Of a DNA stretch of 64,000 bases, positions 63,776 to 64,000 are shown piece by piece. The notes below the pieces were generated by a model. It was not told the DNA's origin. It worked only from the letters and a program-made list of their open reading frames with translations, and did not search any database. The stretch's first letter is position 1. Each line of letters starts with the position of its first letter. This DNA is from Octopus sinensis (Eukaryota), in assembly GCF_006345805.1 (NCBI RefSeq), contig NC_043000.1, positions 83,452,001 to 83,516,000 on the forward strand, read 5' to 3'. The position numbers and the translations under genes were made by a program.

Positions 63776-64000
63776 GCAGATTTGTATATTTTGTTTTGTG
63801 TATGTATTCTCATACATATAGTTGCATATCTAGGCATGCTTATATATATTTAAATGATAAACTTCTGGAAGGTTTTACAGATTTTTACAGTTCTAGTGAT
63901 GGATTGGATCTGTAGTCTTCAAATCAGCTTTCTCCATTCTGTTTTTGAGAAGCCTAATTTCTCAAGATTGGAATTAAGGCAGTGCGTTACATAGCCCAGG
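63776..64000 (-). mobile_element. 3' end of another R4/Dong-like LINE copy (runs off the window)
   Basis: 63850-64000 is near-identical to 15731-15880. Confidence 0.85.

Overview
Eukaryotic, AT-rich, microsatellite- and SINE-dense genomic DNA. The repeat families suggest an octopus (coleoid cephalopod); this is an inference. Two spliced genes converge tail-to-tail: MRPL42 on + (6 coding exons, 17701-27702, 138 aa; the ORF track misses it) and GAS8/DRC4 on - (10 coding exons, 59789-33978, 484 aa, all introns phase 0, ATG-only first coding exon behind RFX X-box-like motifs). There is one intact tRNA-Ala(AGC) at 13454-13526. The rest is decayed mobile DNA: two Ty3/gypsy internal regions, a solo LTR, R4/Dong-like, CRE-like, CR1 and RTE LINE pieces, Penelope-like RT remnants, several Helitrons, mariner/hAT/piggyBac-type MITEs and two tRNA-derived SINE families. 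The most notable unannotated signal is a set of minimal type-I hammerhead-ribozyme motifs: one with an intact core at 56801-56832 and three degenerate ones at 5.3-6.5 kb beside Penelope-like RT remnants. Almost all ORF-track entries are microsatellite or repeat artefacts. All calls were made by eye, without database searches.
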